From positions 76,756,001 to 76,820,000 of the forward strand of contig NW_026262690.1 in NCBI RefSeq assembly GCF_021869535.1: a DNA stretch of 64,000 nt, in the 5' to 3' direction. Position numbers and translations under genes: made by a program. Of the stretch, positions 24,746 to 38,249 are shown piece after piece. This DNA comes from Mytilus californianus. Its lineage: Eukaryota. Numbering within the stretch: position 1 is the first letter of the stretch; each line of letters opens with the position of its first letter. Below the pieces are notes generated by a model that made no database searches, had not been told where the DNA came from, and was given only the letters and a program-made list of their open reading frames with translations.

Positions 24746-24980
24746 GAGGGTCTGGGTGGGGTTTCAGAATAGAGAATTATAGACAAAACGTGCAGAATAA
24801 GGGCAAAAAATATAAAGAATAGAGAAAAACAGGCCAAAAAATAAAGAATAGAGAATAATGGGGTGCTAAAAGATAAAGAATAGAAAATAACAGGCAAATT
24901 TATAAAGAATAGAGAAAAATGGCTTAAAAAATTAAATAATACAGAATTGAAGGACCCCCCCCCCCCTAATCCAGACCCTC
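24746..24980. mobile_element. MITE GAGGGTCTGG...CCAGACCCTC with 6-bp TSD (ATGTAT)
   Basis: TIRs visible; internal agaatagagaa subrepeats; duplicated ATGTAT at 24740-24745 and 24981-24986. Confidence 0.8.
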
Positions 24981-25807
24981 ATGTATTTTGTTGAATAAAC
25001 TGAATCAACATACTTACCAAGTAATACTATAATTGAAAAATCTTCCAAAGAGCTGAATATCTATTCAACTTATTGCTTTCTTGCTTACATATCCTGGAAA
25101 TAATTAAACAAAATAAGCATTGAATAGACGTAATGAAAGTTTTTCATTGTCACCAAAAGAGTTTATATAAATAAGACTGTCATTCATAATATAAAGGAAA
25201 ACATGAAAATAGTACTGGTCATTCATAAGGACCAGTAACACAACAGTCCCCGACGTTGTACGTGTATTTTACTTTTTTTCTTCACAAACAATAGACGCAT
25301 AATTATGGCCCGATCATTACAGGACTAGATCTATATTGACAGGTCACCCAAAAAGGGTTAAGAAAACACGTTTGGGATATAATAGCCCTAATGGGATATA
25401 AATTTACTCTGCAAAACCTTAATTTTTTAGCGAAAATATTGAAAAGTACATTTGTTTAAATATTTACAAGAATCTTTGCCATGATAGAATGATGCCTCGG
25501 AAAACCGCTAATTTCTTAGGGTTCAGTCTCATTAACAATCAGGTATAAAAGTTGCTAACCTTAAATGTAATCAAATCGAATTAGTAATACATCCTCTAAA
25601 ATCCAATTTAGAATTATTCAATTTTTGCACAGTAAGATCATATCGGATTTACCTGATAGACTAAGCAGTCCGAATACTTCATATGTGCACAAGCAGAACT
25701 GTTAAACATACAATATACTACTCTAAAGGGAAACATGAGAGCACTGTGGTACAAATAAAGTACTAGTAAACAGAACGTGCGAGAATATTATTTAAGTGTA
25801 CATTTAT

Positions 25808-25954
25808 GAGGGTCTTGATGGGGGTCCTTCATTTCTGTATTCTTTAATTTTTATGCCGTTTTTCTCTTTTTTTCTATTTTTTGGTCCATTTTTCTCAATT
25901 TTTTTACATTTTTGTCCATTATTCTCTATTCTGTAAACCGCCATCCACACCCTC
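25808..25954. mobile_element. Same MITE family, 6-bp TSD (ATTTAT)
   Basis: GAGGGTC...CACCCTC ends; ATTTAT at 25802-25807 and 25955-25960. Confidence 0.75.
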
Positions 25955-28389
25955 ATTTATGCACAATGAAGATTTATTACAGTATTGTAAATGTGATATG
26001 CTGCATAGTTATTCAAGGACACTCAAGGTTAAAATGGTCGTGTTATGCGCACATTATATATTTAATTGTACTGTTTCAATGTTGTCCTTTTCACAATTAT
26101 GTAATAGATCTTCCTTTAAGATATAAATTGCAAAATACAGTAAAATATGTAATTTTAGGTGACACCTTCATTTTACATATCACATAGCAATCTTTTTATA
26201 TTAATGGAAACTATCAACTTTCATGGTCAACGTCTTAAAACGACAATCAAAATTAAGATAATCAAAACTAAGAAAAATTGTGTATAATTGGTCTTACCTA
26301 CATCAATATCAATATTCACCATTTCACATTAAATGACAAATTAACAGTTATCACTTCAGACTTCAGCGGGTCTATTCAAGAGAGGGCGTATATATAACTG
26401 TTCCGCATTATTGACAAATAATTTAAAAAGGAAAAGTAGATTTTAAACGAAACACGATAGTCGTATCTCTCTCTACTTTCTACGCATGAAGCATAACCGT
26501 GTGAAACCATAATAAACTGAAAGCAGGAAATAGAACATGAATTGGTGATCGAATTCAAATTAGCTTCCTGGGAAACATCTCGAAAACTTCATCAAACGTT
26601 AACTGAAGTAACTAAATTCTAAATGAAACATGTTTAGTTTATTTTATTACAACACTCGTCCGTCGTCTTGTGAAGCACCAAGTTTGAATATTTAAACTAA
26701 AGAAATCACTGAAAATTCCAAAAGAAACCATAGAACTGTGATAAATCACAAGAACCGAGTAAAAACGGATTCTTGTTCAGTGATTATCATCTTGGTTTCG
26801 GTTATTTTAAATTCAACTTCAATACTGTATATGTAATACAAAAATGATATCAAAATTATACGAATCAAGTATTCGACCTACAAACATGGTGATAAATATT
26901 TATATGCACGATCCGAAACTACATTTAGAAATTAATAAGCTTAATCTAAATACATCAAGATTATTTCTGTCGTACACAATTGTAATCTTTCATTGCAGTT
27001 GATAATCTGTTTGTTAGGGGGACATCTTCGCCTGATTACGACGCTAAGCACACATCACTTCGTCCGTAACCTTTAATTTACTTGGTGCAATCAACTGAAG
27101 ACTCCGATAGGTTTTTCAATGATTAGAAAAGAAGGGTTTGGTACGGATGTACCTTTACACGAAACCGATCGACATTTCCTTAGAAACGAATAAACATCAA
27201 ATGAACACAGCTTTTGTGTTTGTGCTTCGTAGTTGAATAAGAAAATCCTGCGAAAATTGCATATGCAAAGAAAAATGGCTGTCAGATATTTCAATCGTTC
27301 TCTTCCTTGTTCGTGATTTATCTTCGGGTTTTATTTCATGAGTAACATGACAGGTGCAACATAAGTAGCGGGATCTGCTTATCATTCTGGACACATAAAA
27401 ACGACTGCGTCTTTTACTTGAAAGTAGTTTGTCCAGCTCAGTGTTTCTGTATTTTTTTGGTGAATTAATGTTTGTAAACAGTGAATGAAAATTGTGTTTT
27501 TGTTTGTGTTCTGCAAAATAAAATACTCTGACTGGCATCGCAAGAAAAATGTATTTTTCAAAAATGTAATCCCTGTATGACACTCACAACCAGTTCTGCA
27601 TGCAACCTCAACCGTTCGTCCAATTATCAGAAGTATGGAACTTTGTAGTTGAGATAAGGTGTTAACAGAGAGTAAACTGGCGAACAAATGACCATTTCAA
27701 AAATATTCTACTCTAAGACAAGAGAAATTCCTGGTTCCCTACTTGTGTTTGTTATAAGTTAAAACAATATTTATCTTAACAAGTCATCATGCAATGATAC
27801 AATAAATATATAATACATACTTGTTATTAAAGGATTCAGAAACAAGCATAGTTGCTTTTATAAATCTCTCTATAATGTAGTTAATTTTCTTGCTAATAAA
27901 ACTTATATAAAATGTGCTATATGTAAATTAAAAATATGATATAAAAAATTTGAAAAGCAGCGAAATATGATACATTGCGTGGAGAATGAAATCAATCAAG
28001 ACTAAAGTTAGCGATCAAATTCAACAGAATATGTGAGAATTTAATAAACATCCAGTGTATTCTATAGTTTTGTAAGTGTACTTCGTTTGAATCATGCTAT
28101 GGCAAATGTGAAAAAAAAATCCTCTACTGTACTTTTTCAGTTGGAATATAGCTTTTGATATTTGATTGTTTGTGTTTTGTACTGTTAAGATGCAGTATAA
28201 TGTACCCCTTGTTTGAGATCTGTAATAGTGTGATTGCCGGTGATATAACTCCTAATTAGTATCTCCTAATTAGTATAATTCATCGTTTTATTCAGTGTTA
28301 TTCATAATTGGGGAACATATGTTTACGTCATTCAATCTGCGCTGTTCTAAGCAAAGTTTAGGTTCTAGTGATACCCTGTGATTGTGTGC

Positions 28390-29248
28390 TTTTTGTCGAG
28401 CCTGCGACTTTTTTCGCAAAAGCGAGACATAGCGATCCTACATTCCGTCGTCGTCGGCGGCGTCCACAAATATTCACTCTGTGGTTAAAGTTTTTCAAAT
28501 CTTAATAACTTTCTTAAACTATCCTGGATTTCTACTTGGACTGAAGCTTGTTTATGATCATAAGATAGTATCCAGAAGTACATTTTGTAAAAAAAAAATC
28601 ATGTTTATCCGTATTTTACTCATAAATGGACTTAGTTTTTCTGCCAGTTAACATTACATTCACTCTGTGGTTAAAGTTTTTCAAATTTTAATAACTTTCT
28701 TAAGTATCCTGGATTTGTACCATACTTGGACAGAAGCTTGTTTATGATCATAAGATAGTATTCAAAAGTAAATTTTGTTAAAAACAAATCCTGTTTATCC
28801 GTATTTTACTTATAAATGGACTTAGTTTTTCTGCCAGTTAACATTACATTCACTCTGTGGTTAAAGTTTTCAAAATTTTAATAACTTTCTTAAACTATCC
28901 TGGATTTGTACCAAACTTGGACAGAAGCTTGTTTATGATCAAAAGCTAGTATCTAGAAGGAAATTTTGTAAAAAAAAATTTCCTGTTTTTCCGTATATTA
29001 CTTATAAATGGACTTAGTTTTTCTTCCAGTTAACATTACATACAGTCTGCAGTTAAAGTTTTTAAAACATTTATTAGATTCATAAACCATCCTGGATTCT
29101 TACCAAACTTGAACAGAAGCTTCTTACATTCAAAAGATAGTATCTAGAGGAAAATTTTTAATAATTATTTACCCATTTTTGTTGAGCCTGCGACTAACAG
29201 CAAAAGTAGGCAATACACTGGGTTCCGCGGAACCCTTACGAATTTTTT
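28390..29248 (+). mobile_element. HINE, same family as 14466-15160, with about 4-5 internal ~175-bp repeats
   Basis: ttttgtcgagcctgcgact ... ttttgttgagcctgcgact subterminal repeats, (GTC)n, tandem units, perfect 3' hairpin gggttccgcggaaccc followed by a T tract. Confidence 0.8.
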
Positions 29249-31167
29249 ACTATGTTGTTTTGCCAGACAAGAAAGATGTTTTGTGGGAAGACTTTTTGAT
29301 TAGCTAATTTTCTGAAACTACAAAGCGAAATGTTTTCAAACTTTACAGAATTGTTTTGCTGTGGTTCGATTACTATAGTCAAGGATTTGCTATAGTAGAG
29401 CATACTTTTCTCCAAAGAATGTATTATCAATAAAAATGTTAAGCAAAATTTAAGTTGACAATAGCAGTCTGTCTTTACCATGCTGGAAGATGTCAGCTCT
29501 TTTGCTTAACACTGTAATGATGGATTAAATGTAAAACCGCAATAACAGCGCTAGTTATTTCCAAGTATTTTACGGGCATCTCCTAAACTTTTGGCAAATT
29601 TTGCAATTTTCTAAACATACAAAAATGTTTTAAAAAACCAACACCACAATATATCTTTTTTGAAACTTATGTATTATAAAGGCCCAAAAAGCCTATGGAG
29701 TCGTCTTATCTCGTATAAAAAGCTTTTCAGACTTTTTTCTATATCCCCCCCCTTCCCTAGAGCATGTCTGACAAATTAGATTTAAGAGACAAAAATGTAG
29801 AATTTCTCCAAAGATTTTATTCTATATCTAAAAGAAAAAATTACAGAATTTCATTTCTCTTAATTGTTCGTAATAAGTATCTTGATACCTTTAATTCATG
29901 TTATATGATGTTACATGATGGCAAGGTGTTTCTATCACGACATTCGTGACAAAGTAGATACATTTCATTTATGATGTCGGTAATATCTCTTTGGTAGCTA
30001 AAAATCTGTATTTCTAAAGAGTAAGCAAATTTTAGTGGTTGATGAATATCAATTTATAAAGCTTGACAATATTCAAAAAGGTATTCTTGAGCAATTAAAG
30101 AACAACTTATAACATAAAAATTAACATATAAGTATAGTATAGTGTCGCCTTTAAATAATGTCTTTGTCTGCACTGTTCAGTTCAACGTTTCAATAGTGGT
30201 AGGGATCGAGACTCAAAATACTATTTGTAAAGTGTATTGGAACCACCAATACAAATGCGACATAGCCTGTAGTACACTTGACAAAGGTCGGTGTCTTCCC
30301 GATTTCAATCGAATACCCTGTCTGTCATCAAAATTTTACTATTCCGTTGAAGCATATACACTTTTTAGAACAAATATTTGAGATTCATAAATATTGCATT
30401 TTTAATGTGTTTTGCTATATATTAAGATATCAATTTTATTTTTCGTTTATAAGCGGCTGTAGTTGTGTCATGATTTGCACAGTGCTTTCCATAAGTGCAA
30501 AAATTTATCAACAAACAAAAAAACGAACTCCAAGGTAAATTCAAAAAAGGGAACTCCGTAGACCTGACAAAACCAAACGCTCAAATATATCAACCAATGG
30601 AACGACTGGAAAACATCTGTCATAGTCCCGGAAAAGGATGACTTCGATTGGTAGTTCGTAGGTTCAAACCCCGTCAAGATAAAAGCAATCTGGTAGTTGC
30701 TGCTTTTCCGGTAGGCGAGCATCATTAAGTAGTGTAGGCAAAAAATTGGTCGGTTTGATTTGTTTCAGAGTATGGTTACATGTCTTTCAGAAACTGTTAC
30801 CTTTTGAGCTATCAAGTTAGAAATTAGACGCATCGCAATGTCTAGCCCACATTGAAAACATGACAGGGCTGTAAACATATATATATTAGGCATGATGATT
30901 CGTCATTTCGTATGTCTGTCAAACAAAAAAATGATCCGATATGTGGACAGTTCTAGCTTAACTCTTATGTCTCAATTGCTGTTGAAAGTATGCAGTATCA
31001 TCTTGAAAAGCTATCCAATTCACAATCAACTACAATTAAATTCAACTGTGATGAACGGTTGGCGCCAGTAAGAAAGACAAGTTACAACAAAATAGAAACG
31101 TCAATTTTGAATTGTTTTATATAAAAATTTAACTAAAAATATCAATAAAATTAAATAAATATCACAT

Positions 31168-32292
31168 TCAATATAAACGACGAACATTTTCTTTATTAGA
31201 TGGCAAGTTCATGTAGTAATTGCCATAAATACTCTGCGTTCTATCTCTGATAACAGCTGTCCACATTCTGTAAATTTCTTTGTCTTTAGCTGGCATCACA
31301 ACATACTGACATTTTTTACCCTGTTCTTGATAACAATTAAAACCTTCTGGAAATCTCAACGTCAAGTTTGGTCGAAGGCCATCATGTATAACACCCTGAA
31401 CTTTGGACGGAAGTAATCCGAATAAATAAAAATCGTCAACCCAGAAAAATGGCGACCCAATGGCTGCATGATATAGCATTGGCACTAAGTCTGTTGACAG
31501 AAACACCGTAAAGCCGCTGCAGTACGTGTGTGGATATCTTTTCATGTCTTTGAATTCATCATTTTGAACAAACCACTTGCTGTCATTTTCTCGTATAATT
31601 TTCATTGAACCTTTAGAAATTTTATTACATTTGATATATTTCTTCTTTTCCTTTAAATAAGACATCTCTTCAAATAATTTAAAGAAGTTTATAAAAGCGT
31701 CATCATCAATTTTTGCAACAAATTCTGCGTTTCTACAATGTTCAGTAATCCATTTATATCCCATTACACCTTTATTTGTCAAATTTCTGTAGGAATCTAT
31801 GAAATATCCTTGCACTATATCTTTATAAATTTTACTTTCGTGTTCTAATTTTGTTTGTAAAATCGGATCAGCTACTAACCCCAATAGAAAAACTACTCGG
31901 ACACTCTCGGGACTGTAGTGTGTTGAGTTCAGCCATGTTGCTCGCATTCGGATTCTCCTTTCGAAATGCTTTGGCGCAGTGTGTACCATGACTATACAAG
32001 AAACTTTATCGACACCAGAGCAAATATCCTTATTGTTTATTTTGTACGGTCTGGATACCACGATAGGATAGGTCGTTTTAGACAATATTTTTCTTTTATA
32101 AACTGGGTGATGATGTTCTCTTGGTTCTTTGTCGATTTTCCATAACATCAACCGACTATTTATATGCTGTTTGTTATGCTGTACGTCAATATTAGGATAT
32201 CGCAAATCGTTTACAATTGTGAGAATAAAACATGCAAGAGCAACAACCGAAGTCAAAAGCAAAAATTTTAAATATAGGGTTTCTTTTGCCAT
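31168..32292 (-). CDS. Beta-1,3-galactosyltransferase (GT31 family), 374 aa, paralog 2
   Basis: ATG at 32292 (MAKETLYLKF aligns with MKKETQHIKF of paralog 1). Acceptor ttccag at 32328-32333 is 35 nt upstream, so the extra N-terminus in the ORF track is intronic. Same GT31 motifs as paralog 1. Confidence 0.92.
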   Translation of the reverse strand: MAKETLYLKFLLLTSVVALACFILTIVNDLRYPNIDVQHNKQHINSRLMLWKIDKEPREHHHPVYKRKILSKTTYPIVVSRPYKINNKDICSGVDKVSCIVMVHTAPKHFERRIRMRATWLNSTHYSPESVRVVFLLGLVADPILQTKLEHESKIYKDIVQGYFIDSYRNLTNKGVMGYKWITEHCRNAEFVAKIDDDAFINFFKLFEEMSYLKEKKKYIKCNKISKGSMKIIRENDSKWFVQNDEFKDMKRYPHTYCSGFTVFLSTDLVPMLYHAAIGSPFFWVDDFYLFGLLPSKVQGVIHDGLRPNLTLRFPEGFNCYQEQGKKCQYVVMPAKDKEIYRMWTAVIRDRTQSIYGNYYMNLPSNKENVRRLY

Positions 32293-34589
32293 TTCAGGAA
32301 TATCATTGTTGGTTTGAGAATTCACACCTGGAAATATCAATACATGTATATGAATGATTTTTTTCAAGCTTTGAAAATAAATATTTTTGTTTGTCTTTAT
32401 ATGGATTTTAGTTTCATGGAAGGCTGTATTGATATTTTTTTTTGTCAAGTTGTCAAAATGCAAATATCGAGAGCTCGTTTATATTGCGTACATGTATATC
32501 TATTCGCTGAATACCATCGAGTGACCCAAAGATGGATTAGTGAGTTAAGTATTGGGTAGTAAATATATATATATATATACATATCTTTCATAGGGTTTAT
32601 AGAAAATAATATAAAATAAAATAAAAAATATACTGCAATGGTAAAGCCGTTGTTATACTTATGAAAACGAGGAACAATTGTTCAAAAAGAAGTAAATATG
32701 CATACATATTTTTTAGATCTCAGACTCCCGTTCGTTTAATCATCAACAAAGCTTCGGTTTAACAGTTTCATTAACTTCTGTATGAAATTGTCTTAAATCT
32801 ATACATTTTAAGTAATCTGAACAATCAAAATCTCCGTAGATAAAGCTAAAGCGCTAAACAATTGCATTTAATAATAAAGAAAATAATTCTAGTCATAGAA
32901 ACCATTATTCTATCTACATGCTTGAGGAAGGAGTTGTTAACGTTAACATTTGAAGGAAAGGTTGTGCAAGATTGTGAAGTGCATACATACAATAGTGGAC
33001 TCCTATATAAGTTACTTACTTGAGTTTTTGGTTTATCTTCACTTCATAATCGGAGTAAAATTCACAACTGAAATGTCCCCGTTGAACGCCTAAAAATTTA
33101 CAATAAACAGTTGGCAATAAGTAACATTCAACCGACACGTGTTTAAGTATTTGCGGATTTCTTTCCAGTATCTTAAGCACGAAAAAAGAAAAAGAAAATA
33201 AACAAATAAATGAAATTATTATTTTTAAATTTTACCTTGGAAATCCACTTATTGCAATGAAGTCTAAATGTTCATTGATATCTCTTGAGTTTCCACTATT
33301 ATTACCCCTAGAAACCGATTTATACATATATTTGATTTGCAATACAGAAGTTGTTAATAACATATTACACTCAGGATATTATAAACCTTCAAGGAGATAT
33401 TGGTTAATATGTGTCCGGATTTAACCATTTATAATGTATTATGGACTATAGTAAGGTTAATATTATCAACACTGATCATTTGATAACCATTGATCAAACG
33501 GAGATCATTTAGGTTAGCCTGTAGCAATATATTTTCCTTTAAGAATTTTTACTGGTTTTAAGATATGGCCCAACGTTTCAATATATAATTAGAATATTTG
33601 TATTCATTATTTTTTTTTAAATATATTTCTGTACTTTAAATAGAGATTATCTGGACGTAATTACAAGACAAGACAAAATATTTCATTTCCTCAGACACAA
33701 TCGTGTACACGACACCCCGTGAAATAAACTGGCATGGAGGACTTATTGTGCTAATTTCATAGGGTGCGATGCTATCATGGAACTCTTTTTTTTTACCAAA
33801 AACTTTGAGGACTGTGGAATGTCAGCCATAATCAGGGTGAAATTTTCTTAAATAAAGTTTACCCCGTCACTGTTCATGTGGATTACTACTTTTCTTTTCG
33901 TGTCTTTAAATATTTACAAATGTTCTTATATCAAATGTTTCATGAGTTAGATTTTGTTCCTTGTTGAAGTTACACTGAAGTTGACATGTACAATACACTT
34001 TTCTTATATAAAGCTTATCCCTTCACTTTTGATGCGGATTCCTACATTTCTTTTAGTGTATTTAAACATTTAGAAATGTTCTTATATCAAACGTTTCATG
34101 AGAACGATTTTGTTTATTGAAGATACATTATTATGTAAATTAAACACGGTTATAACTAACATGTTAAAAAACATCTGATCAGAAGTCAAATCACGAAATC
34201 AAGAATAGAAAAATATAAATATATAGACACACATACCTCTCTTAACTACACACCACACCTTCGTCAACATTTACACACCCTTTAATATGTCTGAATACAA
34301 TTTAATTGTTTATAGTTCAATAGGTATTTTGAAAAGTAACCACCAGGTATATACGATAAGGTTAACACAGGTACTCAGCATGTATACCATTCAAGTTTTA
34401 CTGATCATGTGATTGACAAGGATTTAAATAATTTAAAAAGTTCTTCTGACATTTTGTACTGTAAAACTAATTTTAAACCGTTGAATTGCAGTATATGATG
34501 CTCTCTGATTCACAAAAGACCTGTTTTTGAAAGTTCGAACCCACAGGCGCTAAGGGCATGGGCCGTCCCCCCTTTTTCTTTTTATGTTT

Positions 34590-35269
34590 GATAAAATTGA
34601 GAATGGAAATGGGGAATGTGTCAAAGAGACAACAACCCGACCAAAGAGCAGAAAAAAGCCCAAGGCCACCAATGGGTCTTCAACACAGCGAGAAAATCCC
34701 GCAACCAGAGGCGGGCTTCAGCTGGCCCCTAAACAAAAATGTGTACAAAAATGTGTGAACCAAGGCTCCGTGTAGAAGGCCGTACTTTGACCTATAATGG
34801 TTTACTTTTACAAATTGTGACTTGGATGGAGAGTTGTCTCATTGGCACTCATACCACATCTTCTTATAAATGGACGTCAAAATAAACTCCGAAACATATA
34901 AATGAACTAGTCTAAGAATTTAAAAAAACATACAAGACTAACAAAAACCAGAGGCTCCTGACTTGGGACAGACGCAAAAATGCGGCAGGGTTAAACATGT
35001 TTTGTGAGATCTAAACCCCCCTTTATACCTGTAGCCAATGTAGAACAAACACACAGCAATACGCACATTAAAACTCAGTTTGAGAGAAATCCGAGTCCGA
35101 TGTCAAAATAGGTAACAGAAGAAACTAAGCAAAATGACAATGATACATAAATTAACAAATGACTAGTAGCAGTTACCGACACGCCAAATCCAGACCTCAA
35201 TTAAACTGATTGAAATATTATGTCTTCATCATATGGAAATCAAACACAATCCCTCCCGTTAGGGGTTTA
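34590..35269 (-). mobile_element. Penelope-like retroelement, 3' non-coding / terminal-repeat part (left half of the split element)
   Basis: Ends ...ccctcccgttaggggttTA at the composite-transposon boundary and continues as TAgtatcata... at 46921. That the two halves are contiguous in the family consensus is from memory. Interrupted by a repeat fragment at about 34755-34868. Confidence 0.6.
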
Positions 35270-35626
35270 CACTACCAAGAATTTACCAACGTTTTTTTGG
35301 TACATTTCTACCCTCGTACATATCAGTACTGTTCGGCAAGACTAAAAACTTGTAATGTTATACTTTCTATTAATTCAGTACTGTTTATTATTATACAAAA
35401 ACTGTACAATTACTAATTCTATAAATTCAGTACTGATTTTTTCAGTACTGTTTCAATACTGATTTCGTCAGTACTGTTTCAGTACTGAATTTGTCAGTAC
35501 TGTTTCAGTACTGTTTCAGTACTGATTTCTTCAGTACTGTTTCATTATGATACTGATTAAGTCAGTACTGTATCTGTACGGAATATTTCATTACTGTTTT
35601 AAGTATATTCTTACTTTTTTTCAGTG
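35270..35626 (+). repeat. Left arm: CACTACC...TTTTTCAGTG MITE-like unit with CAGTACTG arrays
   Basis: More than ten (T)CAGTACTG palindromic octamers at about 10-21 bp spacing; inverted homolog at 46426-46920. Confidence 0.85.
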
Positions 35627-36538
35627 CATGGATTAATGTGTTCATTTAAAAAAAGATGTCATTTCTTTAAGTACGTAGCTGTGCACTTTAGTTTATTTAT
35701 CTTACAATTGGTTACAATGTTTACATTTGAATGCATACAGTGATGCCAATTTGAAAATAAAAAGAACTGAAAAACTAATCAACTAGGTAATTATGTATTA
35801 ATAGCAAAATTAAGGTATCGGTGGTCTTAGGTTGTTTTGTACATTTGGGTTGGGTTAAATGTTCTCTTTGACACTTACCCCGTTTCCATCCTTTTCTATA
35901 CTGTGACATGTTGATGATTTCGTTATGTTTTTTTATTTCTCTGATTTTTTGTTCTGATTTTGTTTAACTTTAGGTCCAGCTCTTCAACAGTTATTTTAGC
36001 TGTTTTTTTTTCAATATTTTGGCATTGTCAAATTTGCATCTCATTCTGGTGCGGTCAATTGATATGGTTTATGTTTTTAGTAAGTTCTTATTAATATAGG
36101 TTTTATATTTGACAATATCATATTACATGTATTTGTGTCTTGCTTGGGTCAAATCAAAACATATTTAACAAGACTTGAACATTGGAACTGGGTATATTAC
36201 TTTTGAGAAGATGGATTGGTGGATGTTTTGTCATCCAGTGGCAAGTTAAGTGCATAATCAGAACGAGGACTTGATACTCAGATATAAATGATGACACTAT
36301 TTTTTACTAGACCAATATTACACACTGAGCTGAATTTTTACATGCTAGTTCACCACAAGGAGAGAATCTGCTAGAAGACATGTCATCCTAACTGGACAGG
36401 TACCTTAAGACTAAACAGTCTATGTTTTTTCTCCTTAAAAAAGTTTACGCTGCATGTGTGCTGAGGGAATAATTATAATACAACCACTTTTCCAGTCATA
36501 ATTCTCATAAATACATTTCCGTTTATTTGCCCACTGTA

Positions 36539-36746
36539 AGGGAGCTACCATTTGATTTTTAGGGGGGTGGGGGGGGGGGGGCTAGGATGAAAAATTTTGT
36601 CCTGCATTTTTTTTTATAGTTGTAATCTGTCCTGCCTTTTTATTTTTCACTGTGTTCGGTCCTGCTTTTTTTTTTTAAGTTTATCCTGACTTTTTTTTAC
36701 CTAACAACTCCTGTCCAGCCTATTTTTTTCAAATTTCATCCTAGCC
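36539..36746. mobile_element. Truncated AGGGAGCTACCATTTG MITE
   Basis: One TIR plus internal tcctgc subrepeats, homologous to 42049-42299. Confidence 0.75.
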
Positions 36747-38249
36747 AGTAAGAATTAATAGGTATCCTGTTAACAGGAAGTTGAATGGGTGAATTTTAAA
36801 CTGCATTACTCAGTAAATCATGTTCACATGAGGACTGATGACTTTCAGGAATCTCTTGATTTGTAATTCCTCAGAAAACTGTGATGGATTTGCATATTAC
36901 AGACATACAGAGGTTAAAAAAGTATCAAAATCTAAAGACCGATTTCCAACAAAATGATTTTAAAATGTCTGAAGGATGTCATTTGGTACATAAATTTATA
37001 ACCTTTTTGATTTTTTAGCATAAATTCCCACAAAAAGACCTTCTCCTTTCATGAAAAATGACTTAATCAAATATACCTCACATTACAAATTACATAAACT
37101 ATTACAAGTTATATGGATTTGAGTTACTTTTTGAAAATATTTCAATACTAGTACTAAAAAACATGATTATTAATTTTACATTATTCCTGACAATTGTGGT
37201 CAGGTGGCTATGTATGTATGTATGTACGTAGATCCCTCCGTTTACGGAGCACCCATCGAGAGCTGCAACTGTACAGTGGAATCCGTGTAGTGACACTCCC
37301 TATCGGGATTAATGGCGATGTGTCACTAATGTACATTTGTTGACCATTAAAATACATGCTTTGCTCATCAACATTGATTTTTTTGTTAACTGAATAAAAC
37401 AAGATGAAGATCTCAAATGTTTAACTTTCTCTTTTTATCTACTGTATTCACTTCCATTGCAAGTACAACAAACAGTAATCTTAAGAATGAACAGCATGAT
37501 ATAGTTACATGTAAAATTTCTCTCTCAATTTAATGTTTTTAATCACTGTTTTATAATTCTGCTTCAGTGTTATTTTGCACTGCTCTTCCACTGTATGTGA
37601 TATCACATATCTTCGCCAACTTGTTTCTGAAAAATAAAAGGTTGATTATAACACTGTCAGATTTCAATGTTATCATGTTTGTTAAAGTCCAATAATAAGG
37701 TCAACTATAGGTCAACCATAACATAATATGTATGGTGTACATGCATTGCTAAAGGTGGTATTACGTAAATAAAGGTTCATATTATCATGGAGAAAAATGA
37801 AAAAAGAATGGAATAATGTATGGGTTACCTACTTGAAAACTGATCTAATACGATTGGGAGAAAAATTTTAGCGCCCCAAGTCTGGGTTGGCAAATTTCCA
37901 TGTTTTCAATATAGGCTGCACTCTGACATTCTTAAATGGTTTTGTTATAAATTATGCCGTTAACTTTTCTAAATTGAATTGTTTCATATTTTTCATGTCT
38001 TCGTCTTTTGTAGCCGACTATACGGTATGGGTTTTCTCATTGTTGAAGGCTGCACAGTTGCCTATGATTGTTAATATCCACTTCATCTGAAATTTGGTGG
38101 GTAGTTGTCTCATTGGCAATCATACAACATTTCATTATTTTATACAGCAGTTTAAAATTTTTAAAAAAGTATTCTTCTTGTTGAATTTTTCATTATTTGT
38201 AACAGTGGCAATTCTGATTAAATTATCATTTCAATCTGTAATCCAGTTT

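Noticed and set aside
27000-27700. Cluster of overlapping 67-128 aa ORFs in a GC-richer stretch
   Set aside because: No coherent domain or splice structure in any frame; possibly a decayed element, but unassignable.
32293-32463. 57-aa N-terminal extension of GT31 paralog 2 in the ORF track
   Set aside because: It starts at a non-ATG codon upstream of a clear splice acceptor; the paralog alignment supports ATG 32292.
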